The notes beneath the pieces were generated by a model, which searched no databases, was not told where the DNA came from, and saw only the letters and a program-made list of their open reading frames with translations. Shown piece after piece: positions 8,979-18,101 of a stretch of 32,000 bases of DNA. A program made the position numbers and the translations under genes. Within the stretch, counting starts at the first letter, position 1, and each line of letters starts with the position of its first letter. Source of the stretch: an uncultured Opitutales bacterium (lineage in GTDB: Bacteria; Verrucomicrobiota; Verrucomicrobiia; Opitutales; Intestinicryptomonadaceae); NCBI GenBank assembly GCA_934613415.1, contig CAKTSY010000001.1, positions 180,001 through 212,000 on the forward strand. The letters run 5' to 3'.

Positions 8979-10169
8979 ATGATAGTGGAACCAAAAGTAA
9001 AATCGTTTTTGTGCATAACAGCGCACCCCGAAGGCTGCGCAAAAAACGTTCAAAATCAAATCGCCTACGTTAAATCGAAAGGCGAAATTAAAAACGGGTG
9101 CAAGTGCGCGCTTGTTATAGGTTCTTCGACGGGCTACGGCTTGGCTAGCCGAATAAACGCCGCCTTTGGCTGCAAAAGCGCAACCGTTGGCGTGTTTTTT
9201 GAACGCAACGGCGACGACGCAAAAAGCCGCTGCGCCTCGGCGGGCTGGTATAACACGGCCGAATTTACCAAGCAGGCTAAAGCCGAAGGCTTGTATTGCG
9301 CCAATATCAACGGCGACGCCTTTACCGACGACATTAAAGCGCAGGCTATACAGGCCATAAAGGCAAGTCCTTTCGGCAAGGTAGACTTAATTGTATATTC
9401 TTTGGCAGCCCCGCGCCGCACAGACCCAAAAACGGGCGAAATTTACAAAAGCGTTTTAAAGACAGTTGGCGAAGAATACCACGCAAAAAGCGTAGACACC
9501 GACAAAGACTGCATTAAAGACGTTGTTGTTGCTGTTGCAACCGAAAAGGAAGTGCACGACACAATAAAAGTTATGGGCGGCGACGACTGGAAGCTTTGGA
9601 TAGACGCCCTAGACAAGGCGGGTGTTATAGCCGAAGGCTGCACAAGCGTAGCATATTCTTATATTGGCCCAAAACTTACCTACCCCATTTACAGAGAAGG
9701 CACAATAGGTCAGGCAAAGAAAGATCTTGAAAAGGCAGCCGAACAAATCGACGCCGTTTTAAAATTGCACAGGGGCAAGGCTTTTGTTTCGGTAAACAAG
9801 GCAATTGTAACGCAGGCAAGCTCGGCAATACCCGTAGTTCCGCTATACATTTCGGCGTTGTATAAGGTTATGAAGCAAATGAATTTGCACGAAGACGCAA
9901 TTATGCAAATAAACAGGCTTTTTGCAACCAAGCTTTATAACGACAACTTCCTTGATTTCGACGACAACGGGCTTATAAGAATAGACGATTTAGAGCTTAA
10001 AGACGAAGTTCAAAACGCGGTGTTTGCAATGTGGAACGACATTACAAGCGAAAACCTGCGCGAATTGACCGACTACGACGGCTACAAAAAGGCGTTCTTG
10101 GGGCTTTTCGGCTTCGGAGTAGACGGCGTCGAATACGGCAAAGACTCGAAAGTTCAAATAGACCTATAA
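8979..10169 (+). CDS. fabV: Enoyl-[acyl-carrier-protein] reductase FabV / trans-2-enoyl-CoA reductase (TER) family
   Basis: Starts MIVEPKVKSFLCITAHPEGC and contains GSSTGYGLASRI, IVYSLAAP, KVMGGDDW, AYSYIGP and FVSVNKA. It is collinear with what I recall of the Treponema denticola TER/FabV sequence. An AAGGAG Shine-Dalgarno lies at 8961..8966. The longer track ORF starting at 8874 overlaps ispA and is not used. Confidence 0.9.
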   Translation: MIVEPKVKSFLCITAHPEGCAKNVQNQIAYVKSKGEIKNGCKCALVIGSSTGYGLASRINAAFGCKSATVGVFFERNGDDAKSRCASAGWYNTAEFTKQAKAEGLYCANINGDAFTDDIKAQAIQAIKASPFGKVDLIVYSLAAPRRTDPKTGEIYKSVLKTVGEEYHAKSVDTDKDCIKDVVVAVATEKEVHDTIKVMGGDDWKLWIDALDKAGVIAEGCTSVAYSYIGPKLTYPIYREGTIGQAKKDLEKAAEQIDAVLKLHRGKAFVSVNKAIVTQASSAIPVVPLYISALYKVMKQMNLHEDAIMQINRLFATKLYNDNFLDFDDNGLIRIDDLELKDEVQNAVFAMWNDITSENLRELTDYDGYKKAFLGLFGFGVDGVEYGKDSKVQIDL

Positions 10170-10173
10170 TTTT

Positions 10174-10947
10174 ATGAAAAAGCTTCTTTTATCCATATTA
10201 ATGTTTGCCGTTTGCGCGCTATTTGCCGACGACAAATCTGCAAAGCCGCAGTTTAGGGTTGGCGTGAACATAGGATTCCCCCCAATGATTTACGCCGAAA
10301 AAGGCAAAATTGTGGGTCTTGAGGTAGACTTTGCCCAAAAATTCTGCGAAGAAAACGGCTACGAGCTTGTTCTTATAAATATGGATTTTAAAGAGCTTAT
10401 TCCAGCCCTAAACGCAAAGCGCGTAGACGCGATTATGTCGGCAATGTCATATACCGACACGCGCGCAAAACGCGTTGCGTTTACAAAAAGCTATTTAACC
10501 GTAAGCCAAATGCCGCTTTTGCACCGCATAGATTTTCAAAAATACGACTCGGCGCTTTCGGTTATAAACGCAATAGGTAATATTGGCGTTATAGAACGCT
10601 ATACCGCCGAAACATTCGTTAAAGACAACTTTTACTACTGCAATGTTGTGGTTTTAAAAGATTCTAAAGACGCAATAGAGGCTTTGCTTGCAAAAAAAAT
10701 AGATATGCTTGTTGCCGATTCTACTTTGGTTATGTGGTTGGCTAGCAACTTCGAAAGCTCGGGCATTGCCCCAATGCCCATAGTGCTCGACAAAGAATCG
10801 CTTTGCTGGGCGGTTCGCCAAGACAACCCCAAGCTTTTGGCAGCTCTTAACCAGTTTATAGACACCCACCGCAAAGACGGCACTCTCGACAAAATGATTA
10901 AGGCAAAAATACCCTACTACGACGAAAAAATTTATATAGAAAACTAA
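10174..10947 (+). CDS. Periplasmic solute-binding protein, family 3 (amino-acid ABC-type SBP fold)
   Basis: Has a signal peptide (MKKLLLSILMFAVCALFA) and family-3 SBP-like segments GLEVDFAQKF and LIPALNAKRVDAIMSAMSYTDTRAKRVAFTKSY. No permease or ATPase gene is adjacent. Confidence 0.7.
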   Translation: MKKLLLSILMFAVCALFADDKSAKPQFRVGVNIGFPPMIYAEKGKIVGLEVDFAQKFCEENGYELVLINMDFKELIPALNAKRVDAIMSAMSYTDTRAKRVAFTKSYLTVSQMPLLHRIDFQKYDSALSVINAIGNIGVIERYTAETFVKDNFYYCNVVVLKDSKDAIEALLAKKIDMLVADSTLVMWLASNFESSGIAPMPIVLDKESLCWAVRQDNPKLLAALNQFIDTHRKDGTLDKMIKAKIPYYDEKIYIEN

Positions 10948-10955
10948 TCTATTTA

Positions 10956-10985
10956 TTGACAGCGGCATTTTTTAGGGTGTAGCAT
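10956..10985 (+). promoter_or_regulatory. Candidate sigma70-type promoter for ilvE
   Basis: A perfect TTGACA at 10956..10961 is followed by an 18-nt spacer and TAGCAT at 10980..10985, about 30 nt upstream of the ilvE ATG. This rests on pattern match alone. Confidence 0.3.
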
Positions 10986-11016
10986 TTTAACGACTTTTTA
11001 AATATAAGGAAACAAA

Positions 11017-11883
11017 ATGAAAGTTTACATAAACGGAAAATTCTACGAAAAAGACGAAGCCAAAGTTTCGGTTTTCGACCACGGCTTCTTGTACGGCGAC
11101 GGTATATTTGAAGGTATCCGCCTATACAGCGGCAATGTGTTTAGACTACCCGTACATATCAATAGACTTTTTAAATCGGCAAAAGCCATTATGCTTGATT
11201 TGCCCTGGAGCAAACAGGAAATTATGGACGCCGTGTGCGAAGCTTGCCGCGTAAACGGCCTTAAAGACGGCTATATCAGATTGGTTGTTTCGCGCGGTAA
11301 AGGCAAATTGGGCATTTCGCCCTTCACTTGCACAGACCCTCAGTTGATTATCATTGCCGACGAAATTACTCTTTACCCGAAGGAACTTTACGAAAACGGC
11401 CTTAAGGCAATTACAGTTCCCACACGCAGAAACTCGCCCGCAGCTTTGCCGCCTATGGTAAAAAGCTTAAACTACCTAAACAATATCTTGGCAAAGATAG
11501 AGGCCAAGAACTTGGGCTACGAAGAATGCGTTCTTTTGAACAGCGAAGGCAACATTGCAGAATGCAGCGGCGACAATATCTTTATTGTTTCGGAAGGCGT
11601 TTTGTATACACCTCCCTGCTCGGCAAGCTCGCTTATTGGCGTAACACGCCGCAGCGTAATTGAAATTGCACAAGAACTGGGCGTTCCGTTTGTAGAAAAA
11701 ATCCTGACCCGTTTCGACGTTTGGACTGCCGACGAATGCTTCCTTACCGGAACTGCCGCACGTTTGATTCCCCTTGTAGAGCTCGACTCGCGCGTAATAG
11801 GCGACGGCAAACCCGGCCCTGTTACCAAAAAATTGTCGGAAAGATACCTGCAAAGGGCAACCCAAGACGGCGTAAAAATATAA
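11017..11883 (+). CDS. ilvE: Branched-chain amino acid aminotransferase (class IV PLP aminotransferase)
   Basis: Contains VFDHGFLYGDGIFEGIRLY, the catalytic-Lys region MVKSLNYLNNILAK, and ECSGDNIFIV. The 288-aa length matches the short IlvE form. A D-amino-acid aminotransferase is a less likely alternative. Confidence 0.8.
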   Translation: MKVYINGKFYEKDEAKVSVFDHGFLYGDGIFEGIRLYSGNVFRLPVHINRLFKSAKAIMLDLPWSKQEIMDAVCEACRVNGLKDGYIRLVVSRGKGKLGISPFTCTDPQLIIIADEITLYPKELYENGLKAITVPTRRNSPAALPPMVKSLNYLNNILAKIEAKNLGYEECVLLNSEGNIAECSGDNIFIVSEGVLYTPPCSASSLIGVTRRSVIEIAQELGVPFVEKILTRFDVWTADECFLTGTAARLIPLVELDSRVIGDGKPGPVTKKLSERYLQRATQDGVKI

Positions 11884-11895
11884 TTATTACGCTAT

Positions 11896-13044
11896 ATGGC
11901 AGAGGAATCCTATCAAGTTATAGCGCGCCGCTACCGCCCCAAACAGTTCGACGAACTTGTCGGGCAAGAACACGTTGTGCGCACGCTTAAAAACGCGATA
12001 GATTCCGGCCGTATAGGGCACGCCTACCTTTTTGTAGGGCCTAGGGGCACGGGCAAAACAACGGTAGCGCGCATATTTGCAAAGGCACTAAATGCCGAAG
12101 GCGGCCCCAACTCGCACCCTAGCGACGACAGCGAAATTTCTAAAGCCATAATGAACGGCACTTGTATGGACGTTGTCGAAATAGACGGCGCGTCGAACCG
12201 TTCTATAGATGAAATACGCCAGCTTAGGCAGGACTGCAAATACGCCCCTACCCAGTGCTCGTATAAGATATACATTATCGACGAAGTGCACTCTTTAACG
12301 CAAGACGCCTTTAACGCCCTGCTGAAAACCTTGGAAGAACCGCCGAAACACGTTAAATTTATATTTGCCACAACCGAGGCGCACAAGGTTTTGGGCACTA
12401 TAACTTCTAGGTGCCAAAGGTTTGAATTTAGACCAATTCCCGAAGAAAAGATTTCGGCACACTTGGCTAAAATTGCCGAGCTAGAAGGCATTAAAACCGA
12501 CAAAGCCGCCCTAGACGTAATTGCGCGCCTTGCAAACGGCGGTATGCGCGACGCCCAAAGTATTTTAGACCAAATGATTTCGTTTTGCGGTAAAAACATT
12601 TCAGAGCAAGACGTAATTAACGTATACGGCCTTGCCTCTACGGCGCAAATTGCGGCAATAATTTCGGCAATGGCAAAGGGCGACAATGCCTCTTTAATGA
12701 AAGAAGTTGCCGCCTTAATAGACAACGGTTGCGACTTGTATAGAGCCTTAAACGACTTGCAGATAGAATTGCGAAAGTCGCTTATGGATTCGCTAAAAGA
12801 AGGCTTTTACCTTTTCGGCGAAAAGAAGCTTTCGAGCGAGCAAATTATGCATATGCTAGACGCTTTGCAGTCGGGTGTTAAAACATTGCGAAGCGGCCTG
12901 TCGGAAAGGGCAAATTTTGAAGTAACCTTGCTAAAGGCGGTAGAGCAAAGCCGAACAAGGGCAATAAATACCCTTATTAAGGAATTGGAAAAACTTTCCG
13001 ACCTGCCGGCGGATGCGCAAAAAAAAAATAGCCCTTCTGCTTAG
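11896..13044 (+). CDS. dnaX: DNA polymerase III subunit gamma/tau (genomic frame gives a 382-aa gamma-length product)
   Basis: Contains Walker [10 protein letters not shown], Walker [20 protein letters not shown], the sensor SRCQRFEF and GGMRDAQS. The frame terminates 7 codons after the A10 run. Confidence 0.9.
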   Translation: MAEESYQVIARRYRPKQFDELVGQEHVVRTLKNAIDSGRIGHAYLFVGPRGTGKTTVARIFAKALNAEGGPNSHPSDDSEISKAIMNGTCMDVVEIDGASNRSIDEIRQLRQDCKYAPTQCSYKIYIIDEVHSLTQDAFNALLKTLEEPPKHVKFIFATTEAHKVLGTITSRCQRFEFRPIPEEKISAHLAKIAELEGIKTDKAALDVIARLANGGMRDAQSILDQMISFCGKNISEQDVINVYGLASTAQIAAIISAMAKGDNASLMKEVAALIDNGCDLYRALNDLQIELRKSLMDSLKEGFYLFGEKKLSSEQIMHMLDALQSGVKTLRSGLSERANFEVTLLKAVEQSRTRAINTLIKELEKLSDLPADAQKKNSPSA

Positions 13045-13378
13045 AGAGGCCCTATTAGAATCGTATTTTGTTTCGAAAAATTTCGAAAAAATTGTATCTA
13101 AAAAATCGGATACAACCGAAGACGAAGCCCCGGAACAAAAAGTTTTGGAAAATATTAAAACTTTTGGGGCAGACACCCCAGAGTTTAAAGAAGCCCTTTC
13201 GAAAATCCCGCAAACTCTTTGCGACTTGTTAATTAGCCAGTTTAACGCAAAACCCAAAGCCCTAAGACGCGGCGAAATTAAAGACTATAGCTCTTCGTCC
13301 GAAAGCGAAAAAGAAACACACGATGCTTCTTTAGACGAAAACATTGCAATTATAGACGAAGAGACCAACGAAGATTAG
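13013..13378 (+). CDS. dnaX: Probable tau-specific C-terminal extension of DnaX in the +1 frame (not an independent gene)
   Basis: The +1 frame is open only from 12968, that is, just around the A-run. There is no Shine-Dalgarno in front of the ATG at 13013. It encodes an acidic Ser/Glu/Asp-rich tail. Joining at the A-run would give a protein of about 493 aa, within the normal tau size range. Confidence 0.45.
   Translation: MRKKKIALLLREALLESYFVSKNFEKIVSKKSDTTEDEAPEQKVLENIKTFGADTPEFKEALSKIPQTLCDLLISQFNAKPKALRRGEIKDYSSSSESEKETHDASLDENIAIIDEETNED
13019..13028 (+). other. A10 homopolymer: candidate transcriptional-slippage / ribosomal-frameshift site in dnaX (or site of a homopolymer sequencing error)
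   Basis: The sequence reads gcg caa aaa aaa aat agc. In the 0 frame the stop is at 13042..13044. In the -1 frame a TAG follows immediately at 13029..13031. The +1 frame stays open to 13378. Confidence 0.5.
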
Positions 13379-13455
13379 CGCGTTTATTTGTAAAGCCGCA
13401 ACTTATTTACAATAAATAAAATACACAACCAAAACTCAGTTTTTTTGCAAAAAAG

Positions 13456-14358
13456 CTAAAGCTTCATATTGTCTCTTGGGTGGCGTTTTGCAAATTCGTC
13501 TAGCAAAGTGTCTTTTGTAAGCTCTGTATATATCTGGGTTGTAGAAAGGTCGCTATGCCCCAACATTTCCTGAATGGAAAGCAAATTTGCGCCGTTTCGC
13601 AGCAGGTGCGTTGCAAAAGAATGCCTTAAAATGTGCGGTTTTACGTTTTTTTCTATTCCGCATTGGGCGGCGTATTTTTTAATATTGCCCCAAAAAGTTT
13701 TTCTCGAAAGCGGAGTGCCGCGCTTGGTGATAAAAAGAACGTCGCTCTTTATATTTTTTACCGTGCAGCGAATGTTGCGGATATAGTCTACAAGTTTGTC
13801 GCGCGCGTCCTGCCCAAAGGGAACAAGCCTAACTTTAGAACCTTTGCCCTTTACCCTTAAAAAATTTTCGTCGAAATTTATGTCGGTGCCCTTAAGCGAG
13901 CACAGCTCGCTTACGCGCAAACCGCTAGAATACATAAGCTCGAACATTGCGCTATCTCGCGCGCCTTCGTATGTATTTGTGTTTGGGGTAGACAAAAGCC
14001 TTTCAACCTCGTCCAAAGTAAGGGCGGTAGGCACTGCCCTTTTCACTTTCGGGCGCACAACCTTTTGCGTGTAGTCGTGCGGCCAACGTTTTTCGTCTAC
14101 CATAAAAAGGGAGAAAGATTTTAACGCGCTAAGCTTGCGCGCCTGCGTTGTGCTTCGCACTTTAGACGAAATAGAATCTATCCACAAATAAATGTCGTCT
14201 AAATCTACGCTTTCGAAAGACGTTTTGCCGTGCGCTTTTAAAAATTCTCCGAAAAGCGAAATGTCTTCCACATACGAAAGAACCGAATTTTTACTTAGCC
14301 CAAGCTGCATTTGCAAATGCGCCTTATAGTCTAGCAAAGTGGAGGCAAAATTATCCAT
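13456..14358 (-). CDS. xerD: Site-specific tyrosine recombinase, XerC/XerD family
   Basis: Has an N-terminal SAM-like core-binding domain (LDYKAHLQMQLGLSKNSVLSYVEDISLFGEFL) and catalytic motifs GLRVSEL, HILRHSFATHLL and LGHSDLSTTQIYT. The sequence alone cannot distinguish XerD from XerC. Confidence 0.8.
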   Translation of the reverse strand: MDNFASTLLDYKAHLQMQLGLSKNSVLSYVEDISLFGEFLKAHGKTSFESVDLDDIYLWIDSISSKVRSTTQARKLSALKSFSLFMVDEKRWPHDYTQKVVRPKVKRAVPTALTLDEVERLLSTPNTNTYEGARDSAMFELMYSSGLRVSELCSLKGTDINFDENFLRVKGKGSKVRLVPFGQDARDKLVDYIRNIRCTVKNIKSDVLFITKRGTPLSRKTFWGNIKKYAAQCGIEKNVKPHILRHSFATHLLRNGANLLSIQEMLGHSDLSTTQIYTELTKDTLLDEFAKRHPRDNMKL

Positions 14359-15627
14359 TTAGGCGTCTTTTTCGAAATCCATTTTAATTTCCGACTTGGT
14401 TTTTACGCCAAGGGCAACCATTTTATCTGCAATAGACAGGGCGTTGCCCTTGCCTTGCGATATTGTTTTTAAAGACTCTTCGTAGGTTGAACTTACCGTC
14501 TTTATCTGCTCGCCCAAGCGCATATATTTTTCGCAAAAAATGCGCATTTTTTCGTACAACTTTGCGCCCATTTCGGCAATTTCCATAGAATGCTTTTCCT
14601 GCTTTTCGGCGCGCCAAATAAATTCTACGGTTTTAAGCGACGCCAGCAAGGTTGAAGGCCCAGCCAAAACTATTTTGCTTTCATACGCCGTTTCGTAAAT
14701 TTCGGGGCATTCCTTCATTATAAGCGAAAACGCGCCCTCTATCGGAACAAATACAAATACAAAATCGGGGGTTTTAAACAAGTCTTCGTACTTTTTTTGC
14801 GAAAGCCCCTTTATGTGGCGTTCAACCGAAATTTTAAAGCTTTTTACAGCTTCTTCGTAGGCTGCGGGGCTTTCGGCTTTCACGCATTTTTCGAAAGAGT
14901 CTAGCGACAATTTTGAATCTATTACAATGGTTCTATTGTTTGTAAGGCTTACAATAATATCGGGGCGCAAAACAGCCCCCGTTTCGGATTTTACAGAAAC
15001 TTGCTTTTTATACTCAATGCCCTCTTGCAAGCCGCTAAGTTCCAGCAAACGCTCTAGCACAAGCTCGCCCCAGTTGCCCGCCGTTTTGTTATTTTTTAAG
15101 GCGTTTGTTAAATCCTTTGCGTCTTGCGACAACTTTGTGTTTAGTTCGCCCAAATACTTTATTTGCGTTTCAAAACTCGCCTGCTTTTCTCTGGAAACTC
15201 CGTTTAATTCTTCAACCCTTTTCGAAAAAGCGGTTAAGTCGCTTTTTAGGGGATTTAATATTTGCGCTATATTTTCGCTGTTTTCGCCCGCAAGTTTTTT
15301 TTGGGCATCTTCAAAAATCTTTATGGAAAGCAATCTAAAATCGCTTTTCATTTGCTCTGATGCCATTTTAAAATTGTTTTCCCACTCTAGCTGCTTTTGT
15401 GTTAAAATGGCATCTTTTTGCGAAAGCAAAAGGTTTTGTTTTTCGGCTGCGGCAAGCTTTTCTGTTAAAGTGCCGTTTTCTAGAGTAAGCCTTTCAACTT
15501 CGGCTTTAAAGAAGGCGTTTTGGGCTTGCGCTCCAACCTTTTCGTTGGCAGCTACAACATAAAAATAGGCAAATGCCCCCAGCGCAACAAAAAGCAAAAC
15601 CGCTAAAATTATGGCAGCTACCAACAT
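14359..15627 (-). CDS. rmuC: DNA recombination protein RmuC
   Basis: Has an N-terminal TM helix, a long coiled coil and a RmuC nuclease-like core (GNWGELVLERLLELSGL, PDIIVSLTNNRTIVIDSK, FVFVFVPIEGAF). Its stop codon abuts the xerD start codon with no gap. Confidence 0.85.
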   Translation of the reverse strand: MLVAAIILAVLLFVALGAFAYFYVVAANEKVGAQAQNAFFKAEVERLTLENGTLTEKLAAAEKQNLLLSQKDAILTQKQLEWENNFKMASEQMKSDFRLLSIKIFEDAQKKLAGENSENIAQILNPLKSDLTAFSKRVEELNGVSREKQASFETQIKYLGELNTKLSQDAKDLTNALKNNKTAGNWGELVLERLLELSGLQEGIEYKKQVSVKSETGAVLRPDIIVSLTNNRTIVIDSKLSLDSFEKCVKAESPAAYEEAVKSFKISVERHIKGLSQKKYEDLFKTPDFVFVFVPIEGAFSLIMKECPEIYETAYESKIVLAGPSTLLASLKTVEFIWRAEKQEKHSMEIAEMGAKLYEKMRIFCEKYMRLGEQIKTVSSTYEESLKTISQGKGNALSIADKMVALGVKTKSEIKMDFEKDA

Positions 15628-15628
15628 T

Positions 15629-16456
15629 TTACCTTGGCATTTTAAGGGTTTGACCGGGCTTTAAAGCCTCCGGCGAATGCAATACCGAACGGTTTGCCTT
15701 GTAAATATCCTTCCAGCGCGATGTTGTGCCATATACCTTGCGGCTAATGCTGCTAAGAGTGTCGCCAGGTTTTACCACATAGTCGCTAACTTTGTCGCGC
15801 TGAATTTCGGGGGTTTTTGTGTTTTGCTTGTTTTTGCTTAAAATGTCGGGCTTGTCTTTTGCGGTTTGCTGCAAAGTTGCCAAAGTTGCCGCAGCTTCCG
15901 ACTTTTTAGCTATATTTTTTTGGTATTTTTCAAGCTTTTCTATAGTATCGGCATAGCTTGCCAAACGCTGCTTTAGCTCGTAATTTTCTTTTTGCAGCTT
16001 AGATATAATTTCTTCAAGCTCAACATTATTCGAAAACGGCGTTAGTGGCAGCGAAGCCGCAAACCGCTTGTGGGCTGTTTCTATCATCTGCTTTACGTTG
16101 CCGGAAATATTCGAGTCGGGCTTTAGTTCTAAATACTTTTTAAAGTGATAAATAGCTGCAATAGGGTCGTTAAGCGAATTTAGATAAATGCTGCCCGCCT
16201 CCCAATGCGATTCGGGGGCATCGCGCCGTTTTTCTATAACCTTTAAAAAGCAGCCAAGGGCTTCGTTTGTATTGCCCTTTCTTAGCTCGGATTTGCCCTT
16301 GCTATATAAAGACTCTTCAACCTCGTCGACGGCGTCGCCGGTTTTGGTATCGCAACCGCCGACAAAGAGAAGATACATAAAGGCTATAAACGCTAGCGAC
16401 AAGCCCATTAAAAGCTTCTCGTTAAAAACGCGCGAATATAGCCTTGAAATAGACAT
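15629..16456 (-). CDS. Lipoprotein with TPR-like region, coiled coil and C-terminal LysM peptidoglycan-binding domain
   Basis: Has a signal/lipobox LLFVGGC|D. The C-terminal LysM domain reads YVVKPGDTLSSISRKVYGTTSRWKDIYKANRSVLHSPEALKPGQTLKMP. Confidence 0.7.
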   Translation of the reverse strand: MSISRLYSRVFNEKLLMGLSLAFIAFMYLLFVGGCDTKTGDAVDEVEESLYSKGKSELRKGNTNEALGCFLKVIEKRRDAPESHWEAGSIYLNSLNDPIAAIYHFKKYLELKPDSNISGNVKQMIETAHKRFAASLPLTPFSNNVELEEIISKLQKENYELKQRLASYADTIEKLEKYQKNIAKKSEAAATLATLQQTAKDKPDILSKNKQNTKTPEIQRDKVSDYVVKPGDTLSSISRKVYGTTSRWKDIYKANRSVLHSPEALKPGQTLKMPR

Positions 16457-16462
16457 CTTAAA

Positions 16463-18001
16463 TTAGTGCCTAAAGTGTCTTACGCGGGTAAACACCATTG
16501 CCATATTGTTGGCATCGGCGGCCTCTATAACCTCGGCGTCTCTAACCGAACCGCCGGGCTGTATTGCGGCGGTTGCCCCAGCCTTTGCCGCAGCAACCAA
16601 GCCGTCTGCAAAGGGGAAGAACGCGTCGGAAGCAATTACCGAGCCTTTAAGCGACAAGCCTGCATTTTGCGCTTTCCATACCGCAATTTGCGAGCTGTCT
16701 ACGCGCGACATTTGCCCTGCGCCAACGCCCAAAGTGCGTTCGTTGGAAGCGTATACAATGGCATTGCTCTTAACGTGTTTTACAACTTTCCAGCCGAAAA
16801 GCATTGCGTTCCATTCCTCTTCGGTGGGCTGACGTTTAGAAACAACCTGCATATTCGCCTTAAGTTCTTCGATATTGTCGCTTTGCTGAACGAGCATACC
16901 GCCAACAACACTCTTGAACTGAACGGAGCTTGCCGACTGCTTTGTGTAGTTGGAAACCATCAAGCGCAAATTCTTCTTTTTATTGAGAATATCCAAAGCG
17001 TCTTGCTCGAAAGCGGGGGCAATTATAACTTCGCAGAATATTTCCGAAATTTTCTGAGCCAAATCCGCCTTCATCGGGCGGTTGATAATTATTATGCCGC
17101 CGAAGGGAGCTTGGGTATCGGTTGCAAAAGCCTGATTCCACGCTTCAACCAAATCGTCGCACGAGGCAACGCCGCAGGGGTTTGTGTGCTTTAAAATTGC
17201 CAACGTGGGCTTTTCGAATTCCGAGATAAGTTCGCAAGCCGCGCTAATGTCGGTAATATTGTTATACGACAATTCTTTGCCGTGAAGCTGTTTAAAGAAT
17301 TTGCCGAAATCTTCGCCATACAAAGCCGCATATTGGTGCGGATTTTCGCCGTAGCGCATTTTTTGAACCAACGGCATCGAAATATTCATTCTTTCGGGCA
17401 ATTCTTCGCCCAAGAATTTAGAGTGCAAATAGCTGCTAATTGCGGTGTCGTAGGCGGCGGTTCTTTTATATACTTTTAAAGCCAAAAGTTTGCGAAGTTC
17501 CTTAAGGGCTTCTTCACCCTTGTCCATAGCTTCAAGAACTTTGCCGTAGTCGTTTGCGTCGCAAACAACTGTTACGCTTGCATGGTTCTTTGCCGCCGAG
17601 CGCAGCATAGAAGGCCCGCCTATATCGATATTTTCTATCGCGTCTTCAATAGTGCAGCCGCTTTTTGCAACGGTAGCTTCGAAAGGATAAAGGTTAACAA
17701 CAACCATATCTATCATACTAATGCCGTTTTCCTTCGCCTGACGCATATGGTCGGCATTGCTGCGCAAGCAAAGCAAACCGCCGTGGATTTTCGGGTGCAA
17801 AGTTTTAACCCTGCCGTTCATCATTTCGGGGAAACCCGTATATTCGCTTACCTCGGTTACGGGAACGCCGTTTTGTTCGAGCATTTTGGCCGTTCCGCCC
17901 GTAGATAAAATTTTATAGTTGTGTTTTTCAACCAAAGCCTTGGCGAAATCCAACAAACCTGATTTGTCGCTTACCGAAATTAAAGCTATTTTCTGTTCCA
18001 T
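16463..18001 (-). CDS. purH: Bifunctional AICAR transformylase / IMP cyclohydrolase
   Basis: Contains [57 protein letters not shown] and the C-terminal RVRHFRH. Length is 512 aa. Confidence 0.95.
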   Translation of the reverse strand: MEQKIALISVSDKSGLLDFAKALVEKHNYKILSTGGTAKMLEQNGVPVTEVSEYTGFPEMMNGRVKTLHPKIHGGLLCLRSNADHMRQAKENGISMIDMVVVNLYPFEATVAKSGCTIEDAIENIDIGGPSMLRSAAKNHASVTVVCDANDYGKVLEAMDKGEEALKELRKLLALKVYKRTAAYDTAISSYLHSKFLGEELPERMNISMPLVQKMRYGENPHQYAALYGEDFGKFFKQLHGKELSYNNITDISAACELISEFEKPTLAILKHTNPCGVASCDDLVEAWNQAFATDTQAPFGGIIIINRPMKADLAQKISEIFCEVIIAPAFEQDALDILNKKKNLRLMVSNYTKQSASSVQFKSVVGGMLVQQSDNIEELKANMQVVSKRQPTEEEWNAMLFGWKVVKHVKSNAIVYASNERTLGVGAGQMSRVDSSQIAVWKAQNAGLSLKGSVIASDAFFPFADGLVAAAKAGATAAIQPGGSVRDAEVIEAADANNMAMVFTRVRHFRH

Positions 18002-18101
18002 ATATTCGTGTATTATCTCAAATATACGGCAAAATACTCAAGCATTTTTTGCTTAAAAAAGGCACAAAAACGCCATTTTTTTATCTCGGCAAATGCGTTT
18101 T

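Noticed and set aside
12024-12725. A 233-aa minus-strand ORF
   Set aside because: It lies wholly antisense to the motif-rich core of dnaX, so it is a shadow ORF.
13442-13455. The perfect palindrome TTTTTTGCAAAAAA between dnaX and xerD
   Set aside because: It is a pure A/T stem with no real loop, which is too weak for a terminator call. It probably just reflects abutting A- and T-runs in a convergent spacer.
13456-14358. The tyrosine recombinase as a marker of an integrated mobile element
   Set aside because: It abuts rmuC with no gap, inside a housekeeping operon. There is no flanking tRNA, no direct repeats and no phage or IS genes. Its domain pattern is Xer-like.
14927-15562. A 211-aa plus-strand ORF. 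Similar ORFs lie at 16466..17194 and 18049..18711.
   Set aside because: These are antisense to rmuC, purH and the MCP-like gene respectively. They are Ser/Phe/Cys-rich shadow frames with no start-site context.
18002-18101. A possible ZTP (pfl) riboswitch upstream of purH
   Set aside because: The leader is only about 100 nt and AT-rich. It lacks the conserved GC-rich pseudoknot elements (for example CCGCCTGGGC). It contains only a weak bulged hairpin (18069..18099) that may terminate the MCP-like gene.
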